DNA of 64,000 bases from Podarcis cretensis (Eukaryota): positions 32,240,001 to 32,304,000 of the forward strand of contig OX638161.1 of the NCBI GenBank assembly GCA_951804945.1. Direction: 5' to 3'. Position numbers and translations under genes: made by a program. Below, piece after piece: positions 47,817 to 60,963 of the stretch (positions within the stretch are counted from its first letter, which is position 1; every line of letters begins with the position of its first letter). The notes under the pieces are model-generated. The model ran no database searches, was not told the DNA's origin, and saw only the letters and a program-made list of their open reading frames with translations.

Positions 47817-48776
47817 TTAAAATGCACTGGAGAACGGTTTTTGCCGAAGGATTGGGGGAGAAATGTTAGTAATCAGTTTCCAGAATGCCACTTTCAGTTC
47901 CTTGTTTCTCATGCTATATATGAGTGGGTTCATTACTGGTGGCACCATGCAGTAGAACATAGAAACCAGGAGGTCAAATGCTGATGGGGAACTGGAACTT
48001 GGTCTGAAATAGACAAAGGTGCCACTTACCACAAACAGGGAAATAACAATAAAGTGAGGCAAGCAAGTTGAGAAGAATTTTTGCTTCCCTTGGCTGGATG
48101 GGATTCTAAGAATAGCTCTGAAGATCTGAACATAAGAAAAAATAATTAGAGAAAAGTAAATGAAGCCAAAAGAAGACCCAAAAATCAGAACCCAAATTTC
48201 ATTGAGATATGAGTCAGAGCAAGAGATTTTCAGCAGTTGTGGGATTTCACAGAAGAACTGATTGATGACATTAGAACAGAACTCAAATCTGAATGTAGCC
48301 CCAGTGTACATAGTTGAATAAAAAACTCCACCAATCCATGCACTGGCTGCCATCTGAATGCAAGCTTTTTTGTTCATAACAGTCTCATAATGCAGTGGAT
48401 TGCAGATGGCAACATAACGATCATATGCCATGACACCAAGAATGATGAAGTGGGAGACCATGAAGAAGACAAGGAAGGAGACTTGGCAGATACATCCAGA
48501 GTAAGAGATGGTTTGGGTCTTCATCAATGAATTTGCAATGGATTTGGGAACTGTAACGGATATGGAGCCAAAGTCTTGGAATGACAGGTTGGCCAGAAAG
48601 AAGTACATTGGTGTATGAAGCTGGTGGCTATAGATGATGACTGTGATGATGAGAAGGTTTTCTATGAAGGCCACCAAATACATCATGACAAAAATGATGA
48701 TGTGGAATATCTGCAACTGCTGGATTTCAGCAAATCCATGAAGAAGGAATCCATTCACTCTTGACTGGTTAGACAT
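47817..48776 (-). CDS. Olfactory receptor, OR14-like, intact
   Basis: Start MSNQS at 48776 (acceptor ttcacag before 48803); LHTPMYFFL, MAYDRYVAIC, KFFSTC, PVMNPLIYSMRN. Confidence 0.96.
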   Translation of the reverse strand: MSNQSRVNGFLLHGFAEIQQLQIFHIIIFVMMYLVAFIENLLIITVIIYSHQLHTPMYFFLANLSFQDFGSISVTVPKSIANSLMKTQTISYSGCICQVSFLVFFMVSHFIILGVMAYDRYVAICNPLHYETVMNKKACIQMAASAWIGGVFYSTMYTGATFRFEFCSNVINQFFCEIPQLLKISCSDSYLNEIWVLIFGSSFGFIYFSLIIFSYVQIFRAILRIPSSQGKQKFFSTCLPHFIVISLFVVSGTFVYFRPSSSSPSAFDLLVSMFYCMVPPVMNPLIYSMRNKELKVAFWKLITNISPPILRQKPFSSAF

Positions 48777-50064
48777 TGTGCTTCTCTGATGTTTGTTTGG
48801 TACCTGTGAACAGAAATATATCACATTACTTCTTTCTTATTCAGCTGTAAATATCTTAGTGATGTTCTCTCAACATCTCTCTATCTGTTCTAACAGTGGT
48901 AAGCTTCAGCATTGAGTTTATTCATGTCTCATTTCTAATCACACCCTGAAGGTTTAATTCTCATGAGTCTTGTACAGCTCAGCAACACTGAATCAGATGT
49001 GTATTTTGAGAGTTGTGCAGGTGGTAACTTAGATTGTCCGTGATCCAAAGTGCTGTTAGAATTTATATAAAGGACTTGGGCCATAATAGCTAACTGGGCC
49101 GCCATTCACCTTATGGTGAATGAAAAGTAGCATTTAAAATTATGGCAACCCCTCTTGAACTTCTGGTCCTGGGTACAATATAATAGTGTGTTGGAATTAT
49201 TTTATGAACACAGCAAGGAAAGCTTAATGCAGTTTTATTTCGACAAGAAGCAACAGTCACTGGGGAGTTCACCATGGTTGATTCCACAGATGTATAAATT
49301 ACACAGGCTTATATAGAGCCCTTTCCTCAGCTTTATACACATGGATGTAGAAATTAAGTGACATTCACAGAGGAAAAGCAGGCATTATCAGAGCTGGAAA
49401 CCTTGTTCAGCAAGAAGAGGATGGAACTTCTTATCAGGCTAGCTCAAGGCTGAGTTATTCCTGCACAAATATTCTTGACACATTCTTAGCACAATATGAG
49501 TAAGCTGATTCTAACAACATTTTTAATGCAATCTGGGTAATGGGAATCAATGGATTCCCCTTACAACAGTCTTAAAAATACTTGTGTTTTAGTAGGCATA
49601 CAACAGACTCAACATGGTGTGACTCCTGGAGACAGATAACATTAGGCTGGTGCTTGTGGACAGCATCAGCTACCCTTTTACATTTGCTTGGGTCTCCCAA
49701 CCCTCATACGTTCCATCAAAGTATCGTCACATTACATTTAGGATTCACCTAAAGGATGAATCGAATGCAGGTCGCCGAATGCAGTATTCCATCCACTATG
49801 ACCATCAGATTGAATGGGAAGCCTCATCCATATGGAATTTTCACTTTGTGTAGATACCCCATTACAAGGCTGAGTAGTGGTGGTGCCCTAAAGTGCCTCC
49901 ACGTATATTTTGTAAAACAATGGTCTTGGGATCCTGGAATTTTAGCACTTTGACTCTCTCTTGAGTAATTCCTCTTAATTAAGTGAAAGGTGAATCTGAC
50001 AATTATATCCTTGGGCTTTACAATGAAACTCATATTTAAGGAAAACAGATGAGGCACATGCCTA

Positions 50065-51030
50065 AGTTCTTGTCTGGCCAGGAAAAGTTTGAGAACAGAT
50101 AATTCAACAGTCAGTCTGTGGGGACATAGAAAAGGATGATGTGATTACCAAGACCCAGCATGGGTTTCTCAAAAACAAGTCATGCCAGACAAATCTCATT
50201 TCTTTATTCCTTTTTTTTCTTTTCTTTTTTTGATGGTGGATCAGGGGAATGCTGTGGACGTAGTGTAACTTGATTTCAGTAAGACTTTTGGCAAAGTCCC
50301 CCATGATATTTTTGAGAAGAAGCTGGTAAAATGTGGGTTGAGTGGGGTAACTGTTAGTTGGATTTGTAGCTGGCTGGCTGACCCAATCCAAAGAGTACAC
50401 CTAATCCTGGAAAAAAGTGACAAGTAGGGTGCCACAGGGTTCTGTCCTAAGCTCATTGTTGTTCAATGTCTTTATAAATGACTTGGTCAAAGGAATTGAG
50501 GGGATGCTCATCAAGTTTGCAGATGACACCAAACTGGGAGGGGTTGCTAATGCCATGAAAGACAGAATCAGGATTCAATATAACCTTAACAGATTGCAGA
50601 CCTGGGCCCAAACTAAAAAAATGAATTTCAGTAGGGACAAATGTAAGGTTCCACATTTGACAGGAAGAAACAACTGCACTAAATCACTGGATTGCCAGTA
50701 GTACATGTGAAAAGGATCTAGGAGTCTTAGAAGACCACAAGCTTAAGATGTGTCAACAGTGTGTTTTAACAGCAAAAAAATAAATATAATGCTATTCTAG
50801 GCTGCATCAGCAGAAGTATAGTGTCCCAATCAAGGGAAGTAATAGTATCACTTTATTCTGCCTTGATCAGATCATATCTAGAAAATTGTGTAGTTCTGGG
50901 TTTCACAATTTAAGAAGGATCATGACAAGCTGGAATATGTGCAAAGAATGGTGGCCAAGATAACCAAGAGTCTGGAAAGGAAGCCTTATGATGAACAGTT
51001 GAGGGAGTTGGGTTTGTTTAGCTTGAATTA
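50065..51030 (+). mobile_element. Older degraded CR1 RT fragment
   Basis: Aligns to ~40690-41665 with many indels; [17 protein letters not shown]. Confidence 0.92.
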
Positions 51031-52107
51031 GAACACATTATTGACATGGATAGACTAGACAATGGAATTCTTAATTTTAAGGCAAACATTGAGTTAATTG
51101 GAATGAAGTTTGGCCTATTTATCCTCCTCACCTTAATTATCATCCAACTTTCCTTTCCATTCAGTGTTGCAATCCATGGTATCCCCCAATTACTCCACTT
51201 GGTTTGGGATTCAGCTGAATTAGGTGTACAAACACAATAAAAGCATCCTGCTAGTCTTATCTAAGGGGTTTCTATTTGCAAAAATTCCATTAAGCAAAAT
51301 TATTTCAGTTAGAGTCCTTTATCCTCTTTATAGATCAAGCTGCCTCAAATCCATGTTTTACTTCCTCATTTTAACATCTCCTGAAGTGATCACCTGCAAT
51401 ACATGGTTGACTTCAGGAAGCAAATTAACTCCATTATTCTCAAACCCAACTGCTTGTAAAATGTTCATTTCTTCTTAAACAGTCCCATTCCTTCACGACA
51501 AGTCAGAGGGTAAAAAGATAGAAATGTTGGGGATGGGTGGAGCTTACTGCACTTATCTCTCCTTGCTCTGTTTGTTTGCAGGATTTACAGGTGAGTAAAT
51601 ATAGGACTTATAATATAGTTCCTTATAGCTCAATAAAAAGATGTTCAAATAGAAGGTCAATGGAAGCATGTGATTGCAAAGAGCAGTTATTGTGGAACAG
51701 TCTTGAGAACGATACACAAGTGAGTACCAGAATTTCTGGCTGCTATTCAATGAAGAATTAAACATACTTTAAACGATTAATGTTAATTATGAATTTATAT
51801 ATTGTTGTACATTTAATGTATATATTTGTATTTGCTACCTTGGTATAATCCCTCACCAAAAGGAGGGGTATAAATCCATTAAATAAATAAACATTCTTAT
51901 GTACACTAAATATTCAATTAGATTGTGTTATGTGTGTTTGCATAATTTATTTATTTCATAAAATTTATACACCATTTGATTGTAAAAATCCTCAGAAAGG
52001 TTTGCAAAATGTCAAAGCTGTTTTTCAAAAAGAAATAGGAAGTACTTGGCAATGCTATTCAGGGCCATATCATCATAGTAAAAATAGTAGAACAAGCTGA
52101 GTTAGAG

Positions 52108-52205
52108 CTCCAGATCGATCTGCCAGTTGACGGTGACTTTGCAGTTGTGGCACACAACTCCAGATCGATCTGCCAGTTGACGGTGACTTTGCAGTTGTAG
52201 CACAC
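52108..52205. repeat. 50-bp tandem duplication
   Basis: ctccagatcgatctgccagttgacggtgactttgcagttgt(g/a)gcacac x2. Confidence 0.95.
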
Positions 52206-52574
52206 CTGGGAACAATGCAAAGCAATGGCAGAGTAGCTGTGGTGGTGTGGCTGGTCTTTCAACAAAATGCTCAAGGAGTCTGCCTTGGGGAACAATGTGG
52301 TCTATGATGAAGTGAAGGGTGGAGGCATGCATTTTCCCACCCTGGAGACATTGGGGGACTTCCAAGAACAAATTTAGAAGGGCATAAGCATGCACAGGAA
52401 GACAAGAAGTAGTAGAAGTTCCTTTATGTAGACTCTTATGTTAGCAGATCCATATAGTTAGACAACAACCAATTGATGGATTCAGATTTAGTTTTATTTG
52501 GTCCCATTGAAATCAATGTGAAACATCCATGTGACACTCATATCCATACCTAAAGAAAATGACTATATTAATTT

Positions 52575-53552
52575 CTATATTAAAAAACTAAAAACAAATT
52601 TATTTGAAGATGTTTTCAACCTTAACATATTTGACAAAGCAGCCTTGATCTCTTTATTTCTCATGCTGTAAATCAGTGGGTTCAGCAAAGGTGGGACCAT
52701 GGAATATATCACTGTAAAAATTAAATCTAAATGTGTTGCTGTATTAGTCATGGGACTCAAATAGGAAAACAAGCCTGTGACCATAAATGTGGAGAATACC
52801 ATGAGATGTGGAAGGCAGGTAGAGAAGGCCTTTTGTCTTCCCTGTGTAGATGTCATCCTTAACACCGCACTAAAAATCTGTACATATGTCACAAGAACAA
52901 ATATAAAACAGCCTAACCCAATGAGAGAAAACAAGAGGAGAACTCCAGTTTCAATCTGATTTTTCTTAGAACAGGAAAGCTTTACTAACTGTGGGATTTC
53001 ACAGAAAAACTGATTGACAACATTGGAGCAGAAAGGAGTTGCAAAAGTGCTGACAGTGTGCAAACCTGCATAAAGAAACCCAGTGACGCATGAAGTAAAA
53101 ATCATTTCAGTGCAGGCTCTCAGGTTCATCACCATCTGATATTGCAGTGGGTTGCAAATAGCAACATACCGATCATAGGCCATGACTATGAGGAGGAAAA
53201 AATCAGTAGATATGAAGAAGGTGAAGAATAGGACTTGAGCAACACATCCAGAATAAGAAATGTGCCTAGAATTCATGAGGGAATTGGCCATGGATTTGGG
53301 AATAATGACTGAAACTTGGCCCAGATCCTGCATGGCTAAGTTCATTAGAAAGAGGTACATGGGGGTGTGCAGACGATGGTCAAAGGATACTACAGAGATG
53401 ATGAGAAGATTCCCTGTTACAATTGCCAAGTACAATACCAGGAATATTACAAAGTGTATTATCTGAAATTCCCAAACTTTTGAGAATTCCAGGAGTAGAA
53501 ACTCTGAAACAAAGGATTGGTTAGCTATAGTTTGGTCTTTGCTTTGGTCCAT
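52575..53552 (-). CDS. Olfactory receptor, OR14-like, intact; close paralog of 37580-38569
   Basis: 325 aa with all OR motifs; acceptor tttttgcag just upstream. Confidence 0.96.
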   Translation of the reverse strand: MDQSKDQTIANQSFVSEFLLLEFSKVWEFQIIHFVIFLVLYLAIVTGNLLIISVVSFDHRLHTPMYLFLMNLAMQDLGQVSVIIPKSMANSLMNSRHISYSGCVAQVLFFTFFISTDFFLLIVMAYDRYVAICNPLQYQMVMNLRACTEMIFTSCVTGFLYAGLHTVSTFATPFCSNVVNQFFCEIPQLVKLSCSKKNQIETGVLLLFSLIGLGCFIFVLVTYVQIFSAVLRMTSTQGRQKAFSTCLPHLMVFSTFMVTGLFSYLSPMTNTATHLDLIFTVIYSMVPPLLNPLIYSMRNKEIKAALSNMLRLKTSSNKFVFSFLI

Positions 53553-55078
53553 GCTGTCTGCAAAAAGAAACAGAAGTACAAAGTTTTAATGACAGCAGAA
53601 TATTCTAGTAATATAACACTTCAGCCTGGAGAATTTAACATTTCATACTCCTGGAGGTGGACTCCATTGTCTCCAAGACAGATGGATGCCAACCCCTCCC
53701 CCCCCCAAAAAAATGGTGCCTTGGAATCCCCGATCTGGACCTTGTGTAGAGTAGAGAAGAATTTGCTCTCCAACATAAGAATGAGTTTCAAATTTTTACT
53801 GGAAACAGTCTTAAAATAGTTGCAAAACAAAAGTTGCAATTACAAAATAACACATTGCTCTTGCCTGCACCATGAGTTGCGAAGGACATCAGCAGCCTTC
53901 AGAGCTCCCATGGATGTAACTTCAGCATTCTGGGTGATGTAAAATAACATCTGAAGAATTTTGAGGGAGATAAGTAACAAACTCAACTGTAAGACAAGAA
54001 ACAATGCCTAGGTTGAGTTTCCAAAAAGTTTCCACAAAAGTTATAGTACTGGATAGATATTTTGGGTGTGGGATTAGAACAGCTAAGGATGTCTACTAAA
54101 TACCAGCTTGAAATGTAGCTAGGTCACTCTTCACAACTTGGATCAAATGTGGTTTGGGAGGAAATGCAGCAGTTCTTAAAAAATGACCAGAGACATGTGG
54201 CTTATGGCTTATGCTGTGTGTATACCACTTCTCAAACCAGTGATAGGAGCACACAGAGAAATGGGGACTGTGCACACAGCCTAACCCTGCGCACCAAAGG
54301 ATTTTAAGCTTTCTCCTGTTGAATATCAGCACCTACTATCCCCCACAGGATGCCATTTTTGAGGGGGACAATATCAGAAGGGAACAAAAGTACACTGGGA
54401 AAAATACTATATAAATAAGCGCTTAAAGAATTGTGAGAGAAAAATTGGAAGAGTGAGGGTAAAAGACTTAAGCACATTGAAAGTGGTTCTTACAACTCAC
54501 TGACATACAGTCCTGTCCTACTTATGTTCAATTTGGATGTAATTTTCAGTTAAGAGTGCATGAGGCTGCAGCTGAATAGATCCACAATGTGATAAAATCT
54601 GTTACATGAGAACCAGGCACTTTGAAAATAAACAGAAAGTTAATGGTTTTTTCAGATGCAGCAGGTAATAAGGATTCTGCCATCAAAGCATCAGAGAAGC
54701 CACAGTATATTATGAAAGGAGCACAAACTCTCTTTCCTCCTCTGAAATTTCACTAGCTTAGTTAAAACCTTTCAATTTCCCAATACATATGGAAACTTTC
54801 AAATAAATTTTGGAAGGCTTGCGAAAACTCATTCAATCTTTCCTTAAGTTCCTCTTCCTACTTTCCTCGGATGTTTTGCCACTGAAGAAACCCCCAAATT
54901 CACTTCAGTTTGAAATGTTAAAGGCAGCTCTTGCTTTATTGATTGTGGTTCTGCATTATAGCCAACACAACACCCTGTTTTTAAAACTTAAAGAACTCAT
55001 TTATTTTTGTCTGTGTGAAGAATAAAAAAGGATTCCCATGCCCAGGAAAAAATCTCACATTCATCAAGATTTTCTTAT

Positions 55079-55114
55079 AAACAAACAAACAAACAAACAA
55101 ACAAACAAACAAAC
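55079..55114. repeat. (AAAC)n microsatellite
   Basis: Direct. Confidence 0.95.
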
Positions 55115-55350
55115 TTCAACATTTTCCAACTCAGGACCTGCTTTTAACCCACACATAAAGTTGAGAACAATTGATTAATCCTGTACTATATATTTGCATG
55201 GTGGTGCTCCTGTTGCAGCCTATACTGAATGGGGCCATGACCTATTAGTTGGCAACCAGTGATTTAATGGATATACATGTGAGATCCATTAAGTAACTCA
55301 TATGGTGTTAGGTAAGGTTTGAACTATATGAATTAATTTAGTAATATTTT

Positions 55351-55535
55351 TCTCTTACCTTCAGATGTGCTTTCTCCTCTAAGGACTTCAGCTGTCTGTG
55401 CATTTGGATAGTCCTCCATAAAAGCATATGAAACCCAACCAGTCCTTGGTGGCCAAAAAGATATATTCAGCAAGGGGAGGAGGGTACAGTAATATCTGGT
55501 TTGTGTTCCTAGAGATTTGCTCTCTTGAGTTTAAT
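55351..55535 (-). promoter_or_regulatory. Promoter and non-coding exon 1 of OR 52575-53552
   Basis: O/E-like sites 55506-55529; donor at 55358; paralog of 44161-44345. Confidence 0.65.
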
Positions 55536-55934
55536 GTATTCTTCATTAAATTGTTTTTCCATTGATATATAATTTTATGGTATTACTCCAGAATAATGTG
55601 GTGTTATGAGCCATCAAACCTTGGAAATACACTTTTCCCCAAAAGGTTTCCACAATTTTGGCCACTAGTATAACTATAGAGATTGTAGGAATCACTCATT
55701 TCACAACCCCCTCCCCTCTACTGGTATGCCTTGGCAAAATGTATATATATAAAAAATAGATGTAAAGCTCCCACAGCTCTAACAGGACAGCAGTTAACCC
55801 AGTGATCCCTAGGACTCTGTATATCTGCTTCACTTTAAGGACATGCATACTCCCCCCTTCCTCCCCATTTTTGGTTCTGTAGGCTTTTAGAATAGTTAGG
55901 GGATCTTTTGTTCTTTAATCAAAGTGTGTATTTG

Positions 55935-56595
55935 CGTGCTGAGGTCCCCCAAAACACCCTTACCCCAGTAACTCACACATCACACATAAATTTTGTTTAA
56001 GGTTTTTGGCATAATTTTGGCCACAACTTTATTAATCATACATATTGTGAGTGGTTGCTTAGGCATTGGTTATGACTATTTGCCCCCCCCCCCGCCTTGG
56101 GGACAGCACTGACTTCCGGATTCCAGCGAAAGCCAGTGTGGAGGAACAAGATCGGGGATAACTGGAGCTGCGACACAGACCCTAAGCTTCTCCCCGCATG
56201 CTCCTAGGGGCTTACGCGGCCCAAACCCGATTCCAGGGGTTTGGACGAAAGGATGGTAAGCCCCTGAATTCCTTTAACGGAATTCCCGTGCAGCAGCCTC
56301 ACTGGAGGGGCAGGCACAGCCAATCCATACCCCTCCACCAACCAATTTAAACCAATGCCTAACCGCCACCCGAGCCCTTACGCTCGCCGCCAACCACTCA
56401 CAAACTTAAACACATCCTCAACCTAGCCACCACCGACTCCAACCAAACATCATTCCCAAGTGAGGAAAGATGAACCCCATCCAACCTAGAGAAGTCGGTG
56501 GTTTTGGCGATAATAGCTGGGTGGGGAATCACAAGCCCACCCAGATCAGACACCAACTTGCTCGCAGTAGAATTAATCCGCTTTCTCACCCTTTC
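55935..56595 (-). mobile_element. Ngaro-type element 3' fragment: SGNH hydrolase C-terminus plus B repeat
   Basis: ORF 56398-56589 with HP.I...RLDGVHLSSLGNDVWL, followed by a repeat homologous to 14330-14781. Confidence 0.75.
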
Positions 56596-56784
56596 AGTAA
56601 CTTTGCTATCTAAAGCAGCATTTTTATATATTCTGTCACTCCTATTTTATATAATAAACCAAGCTTTCTTTGTTTCTTTGTGTGAGAACTTCTTGTGGGC
56701 ATAAGATTAGGGGTTAACACACATCCATCACAAGAACACGTCGTAACTCCAGCAAAAGATCCTAAACTTCTCAGCTGTATGTAA

Positions 56785-56785
<1 letters not shown>

Positions 56786-56826
<41 letters not shown>

Positions 56827-57030
56827 TATACCCCACCCTCCCTGGCCAGAGCTGGGCTTAGGGCAGCTAACACCAGTAAAATTACAATAAAAACATAATA
56901 CAGAAAAATTTAAAATACAGGTTAAAATGCAATTTAAAATGCAGCCTCATTTTAAAAGTAGTCCATAGATCAAAACAGTAAGAGGAGGGAAACGTAAGGG
57001 TCAGACTGAGTCCAAACCAAAGGCCACATG
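56786..57030 (-). mobile_element. L2-type 3' end with (ATT)n tail
   Basis: (att)n-tttataccccaccctccc...gggcagctaac. Confidence 0.55.
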
Positions 57031-58016
57031 GAACAACTGAACATACATGAATGCTGGCAGTGCAAACAGACACATCATAACATCTACCCACCCACTCACA
57101 ACAACAATTTGGAACACCCTCAACCCCCACCATTTCCTGCTGCTTGGCTAATCAGATTTACATCAGCCACATACCAGTCTTTAAAAAAAAAAAAAATTGA
57201 GAGGAAGAATACAGTACCTAACGATTGATGCAACTAGGCTATGATGACAGAGTATGTTTATGTAAGAATGCCAACACCAAGACAGAGGAATCAGTTTCTG
57301 ACCATTGGCAGAGTGTAGCTACTTCCCACCAGTGCCAGACTTTGGGATTTAAAATTTCAGTGGCACCATGTGCAATGCCAAAATTCAGCACCCCCAACCT
57401 CTCAACTTCTGTTCTTCATCATGGCTGTGGCGTCTTCTCGGCTTGGCACCCAGTGTGGACGAACCAGTTTCATTCCCCTAATTCCGCCTCTGATCTCACT
57501 GCCTTACGGAGTGATGGCTAGGGCTGGTGTACTGAACACTCCTAATCCATGAAATCAGAGGAATGACTATGCTAGTGTTGCATACGCTCCAGTCTCTAAG
57601 TGGTGAGAGACTCCAGGGGTGCCAAAACTTTCCCAGGTTTGGTTTCCTTGGGATGAAGTCACTGGAAATTGTGGTTTCAGGATATATGGTTTTATTTTTA
57701 TAAATATATACAATCTGAGCATAAGATGGGAAGAGTCACAACATTAACACTCTGGCATACTGATATAAAAATTGGAGTTTGGCTTTTGCTGCCCAACTCC
57801 CCAAGGGACTCTGAATCCCCTAAGTCCATGATTGGTCAGAGAAAAAATGGATAGAGGCTAGATCCAGTGGAAAGCAAGGTAGACATTTATTTTTTCTGTT
57901 GCAACAGAATTCCCTCCCCTCCCTAAACAAAAGTGTGCATCCTTCAAAGACTTTTGACATGGCCCAACCCCCTTGGTCCAAAGAACCCCAATATCATCAT
58001 ATACACATCATAGGAG

Positions 58017-58254
58017 TTACAGATAGGTAGCCGTGTTGGTCTGCCATAGTCAAAACAAAATAAAAAAAAAAATTCCTTCCAGTAGCACCTTAAAGACCAA
58101 CTAAGTTAGTTCTAGGTATGAGCTTTCGTGTGCATGCACACTTCTTCAGATATCTGAAGAAGTGTGCATGCACACGAAAGCTCATACCTAGAACTAACTT
58201 AGTTGGTCTTTAAGGTGCTACTGGAAGGAATTTTTTTTTTTATTTTGTTTTGAC
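58017..58254. mobile_element. Penelope-like element pLTR insertion, head-to-head palindrome
   Basis: Perfect 103-bp arms 58049-58151 / 58152-58254; TSD ACATCATAGGAG at 58005-58016 and 58253-58264. Confidence 0.88.
58151..58188 (+). ncRNA. Minimal hammerhead ribozyme motif (mirror copy on - strand at 58115-58152)
   Basis: CUGAAGA-A-GUGUG CAUG CACAC-GAAAGCUC-AUAC: catalytic core, stem II, short palindromic stem III. Confidence 0.7.
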
Positions 58255-58763
58255 ATCATAGGAGGTGGTCTACAGCAGAAATCCTGTCTGCCAGGATATC
58301 TGATAATTTGTCGCTGATTGCATTACCTGGGCAGCCTGGCCATTGTGATGGTTTTGTGATGGTTAATATTTTAGTTCCTGTATCTAGGTCACAGGCTCAC
58401 CCTATTCATACATAAATATGCCCTTAAGACAGAATTTGTAAGCAAAAAGACAGTGAGAAGGCTTTCCCCATTTGCCTCTCTTACTATAGAGGAATATTTC
58501 AGGTCAAACTGATTTCAGGATTGCTCTCCTGTACTATGTCAGACACCTGGTTTATATATTTAGATATGTATGCTTTTATGAATATTTATTATATATTTGA
58601 GACCTTAGAATTCTTATAACAATACCTTGCTTCCCCACTATGTCTCTATGGGTCTGCAAAACCATAGCTTTGGTTTGAGCACAGTGAGCATTTCCAGTCT
58701 CTGTCTTTCTAGTTTTCAGTTCCCTGCCTATTCTCCTTCTTACAAGATGACCTAGTCTCCATT

Positions 58764-59885
58764 TGTAGCACCCTGCTTGTGGTTAACGCTTAGCTGGAAT
58801 GAAATATTCAACGCAGCAATAGAGAAATTAAAATAGTAATTTATTTGTCAGACAAATAAATATGAGGCACAGTGGTATATGGTTACCAAGCTCTGGCCTG
58901 GCCTCTTGCCATTCTGGCCAGCACTTATATTTCCTTAATCCAGCCCCCTTGCTCCTCCTGTGGCTGCCTCTGTCCAATCAGCCTGGTTGAAATTCCTACT
59001 GGCTATTTGCTAAAACCAATCACAAAAGATACACCCATTTCCTCTTGCCCTTTTATGGAAGTCAAAAAGCTATATATTCTTCTATCTATAAATGACAAAT
59101 AAGTAGTAATATATCTTACATGTGTCTCAACAAGGAAACTTAATTACCAGCTCACCTCTTGCCCTCCTTGCCCTATTGCCTTCCAAAACAGATGATTAAT
59201 CTTGAATTTTTATCTTAAACATATGTCAAGGATTTTGAGTTCACATCAACATTGAGAGATCTCCTTCATTTGAAGGTTTCTAAACAAAAGGCCTGACAAC
59301 CATATATCAGGAGCGATCGATGGCGTCTCCTGTCCGGCAGGAGGTTGGCTGGTGGCTGACTTAATTTCAGGATAGTTACAACTCTTACAACTATATGAAA
59401 TAAGAATCTAGCATTTCTTAAATCCTTTGCATAATTATATTTAAACTAATATATTTAATACATAAATAACCTTTTAAAAGGAAAAGAAATCTTAAAAGGA
59501 TCTTAGTTTAAGAAAGAAACAGCTTTAGAAAAGACTTCCCAAAAATGCTCTGTTTCTGCCAGCCAGACCAGTTGCTTTTTCACTGCTCTTGACCTTTTTA
59601 ACCTTAGGAAGAAGATATGGCTCATTTTACTATTTATCCACCCTTAATTTGTAGGGTCAGTGTAACCTTGGCTCTCAGCCTGTAATTCCCTTTTTACGAC
59701 TTTGAGAATTGTTTTCTGCTATAAATCAGGGGGGGCCCTTGTCTAGGAGAAAAACATCTTGCCAAGGTTTTTAGGCAGCTGGTCTTCTGCCTGGCATAAA
59801 ACATTTTAAGCTCATTTTTAAAATACAAGCCCTGATTAAACATATAAGCTTTAATAAAAATGCAAGCTTATGATTAGATGCCTCA
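58764..59885 (-). mobile_element. Solo LTR, ERV1-like (1122 bp), same family as 15067-16156
   Basis: Same termini in reverse, 4-bp TSD CATT. Confidence 0.92.
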
Positions 59886-60963
59886 CATTCAGGTGAGAGG
59901 CAAAGACTTGCACCCTACTTCAGGAAGCACCATTAGCTAGTTGTTCCTATGGAAACATGTGCAGTTCTTTAGTCATGCAAATAGGGTGTTTAACAGTGTT
60001 AGCCAGGTCTCTTATCTTAACAAAGAGGCTGACATGATCCCTCTGCTCGATTCCAACATTACATACTGTATATCAAAATTACAGCCTTGTTTTGTTTGAG
60101 AACCACAAGCATCAGCTAAACAAAGCCTCCAATCCTATAGCACAAGATATTACACCTGTATAACATAGAAGAACAGAATTATATCTGTTTGCATTTTAAC
60201 AGAATGAAACCTCGCATTATATCAACATCAAGGGAATTAGAAGCGAGGGCGGGAAATGGGGATCTGTGCAGATCAGGCCTACATCAAGATGTTAGAATGT
60301 TCCATTCTTATTCAGATGAATGGTGTATCACACCAATTTTAGGTGAATCCCAACACGTGTCATTAACTACTCAAACCAGATGGATGGAATGTAGAAGAAA
60401 ATGTTTGAAGCTTATATTTTTATTTGAGCAATGAGTGACTGATTTTTATATTCAGTTGTAAGTTATCTCATATTTCTTTCAATATCTAAGAAAGAACCGA
60501 TATTATTGTTTCAGTGTGACATATATATAGACTCACCCATTCATGAAAATGCACTAGATTGCTTAACCAATTTAAAACGGGATGATTGATCGATTAAAAA
60601 TGGCTCTGTTTCTTTAAAACCCTAAGCATACTTAAATTACAATAGGATTAATGCTTTGAAATAGTTCTATGCTGACATTTTTCTTCTATAACAAACAAGA
60701 AAAGATATTTAGGACTGAAATGGACAAAGCACACATTGGCCATGCTGGCTGAGACAGATGTGAGTTGAATTCCAACAACATGGGAACCACATTAACTTCC
60801 CCTACTTTGATTGTGTATCAAAACATTCATACACTTTAACATCATTACATACAAAACCCTGCATAAAGAATAACACCACAAATTCGTTGTTGTGTATACT
60901 GTGTATATACGGACAATGACAATAAAATTTATCTAATCTAATCTAAATTGTATCCTTAGAAAG

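Noticed and set aside
49500-49960. Possible old LINE fragment
   Set aside because: No diagnostic motif could be read with confidence.
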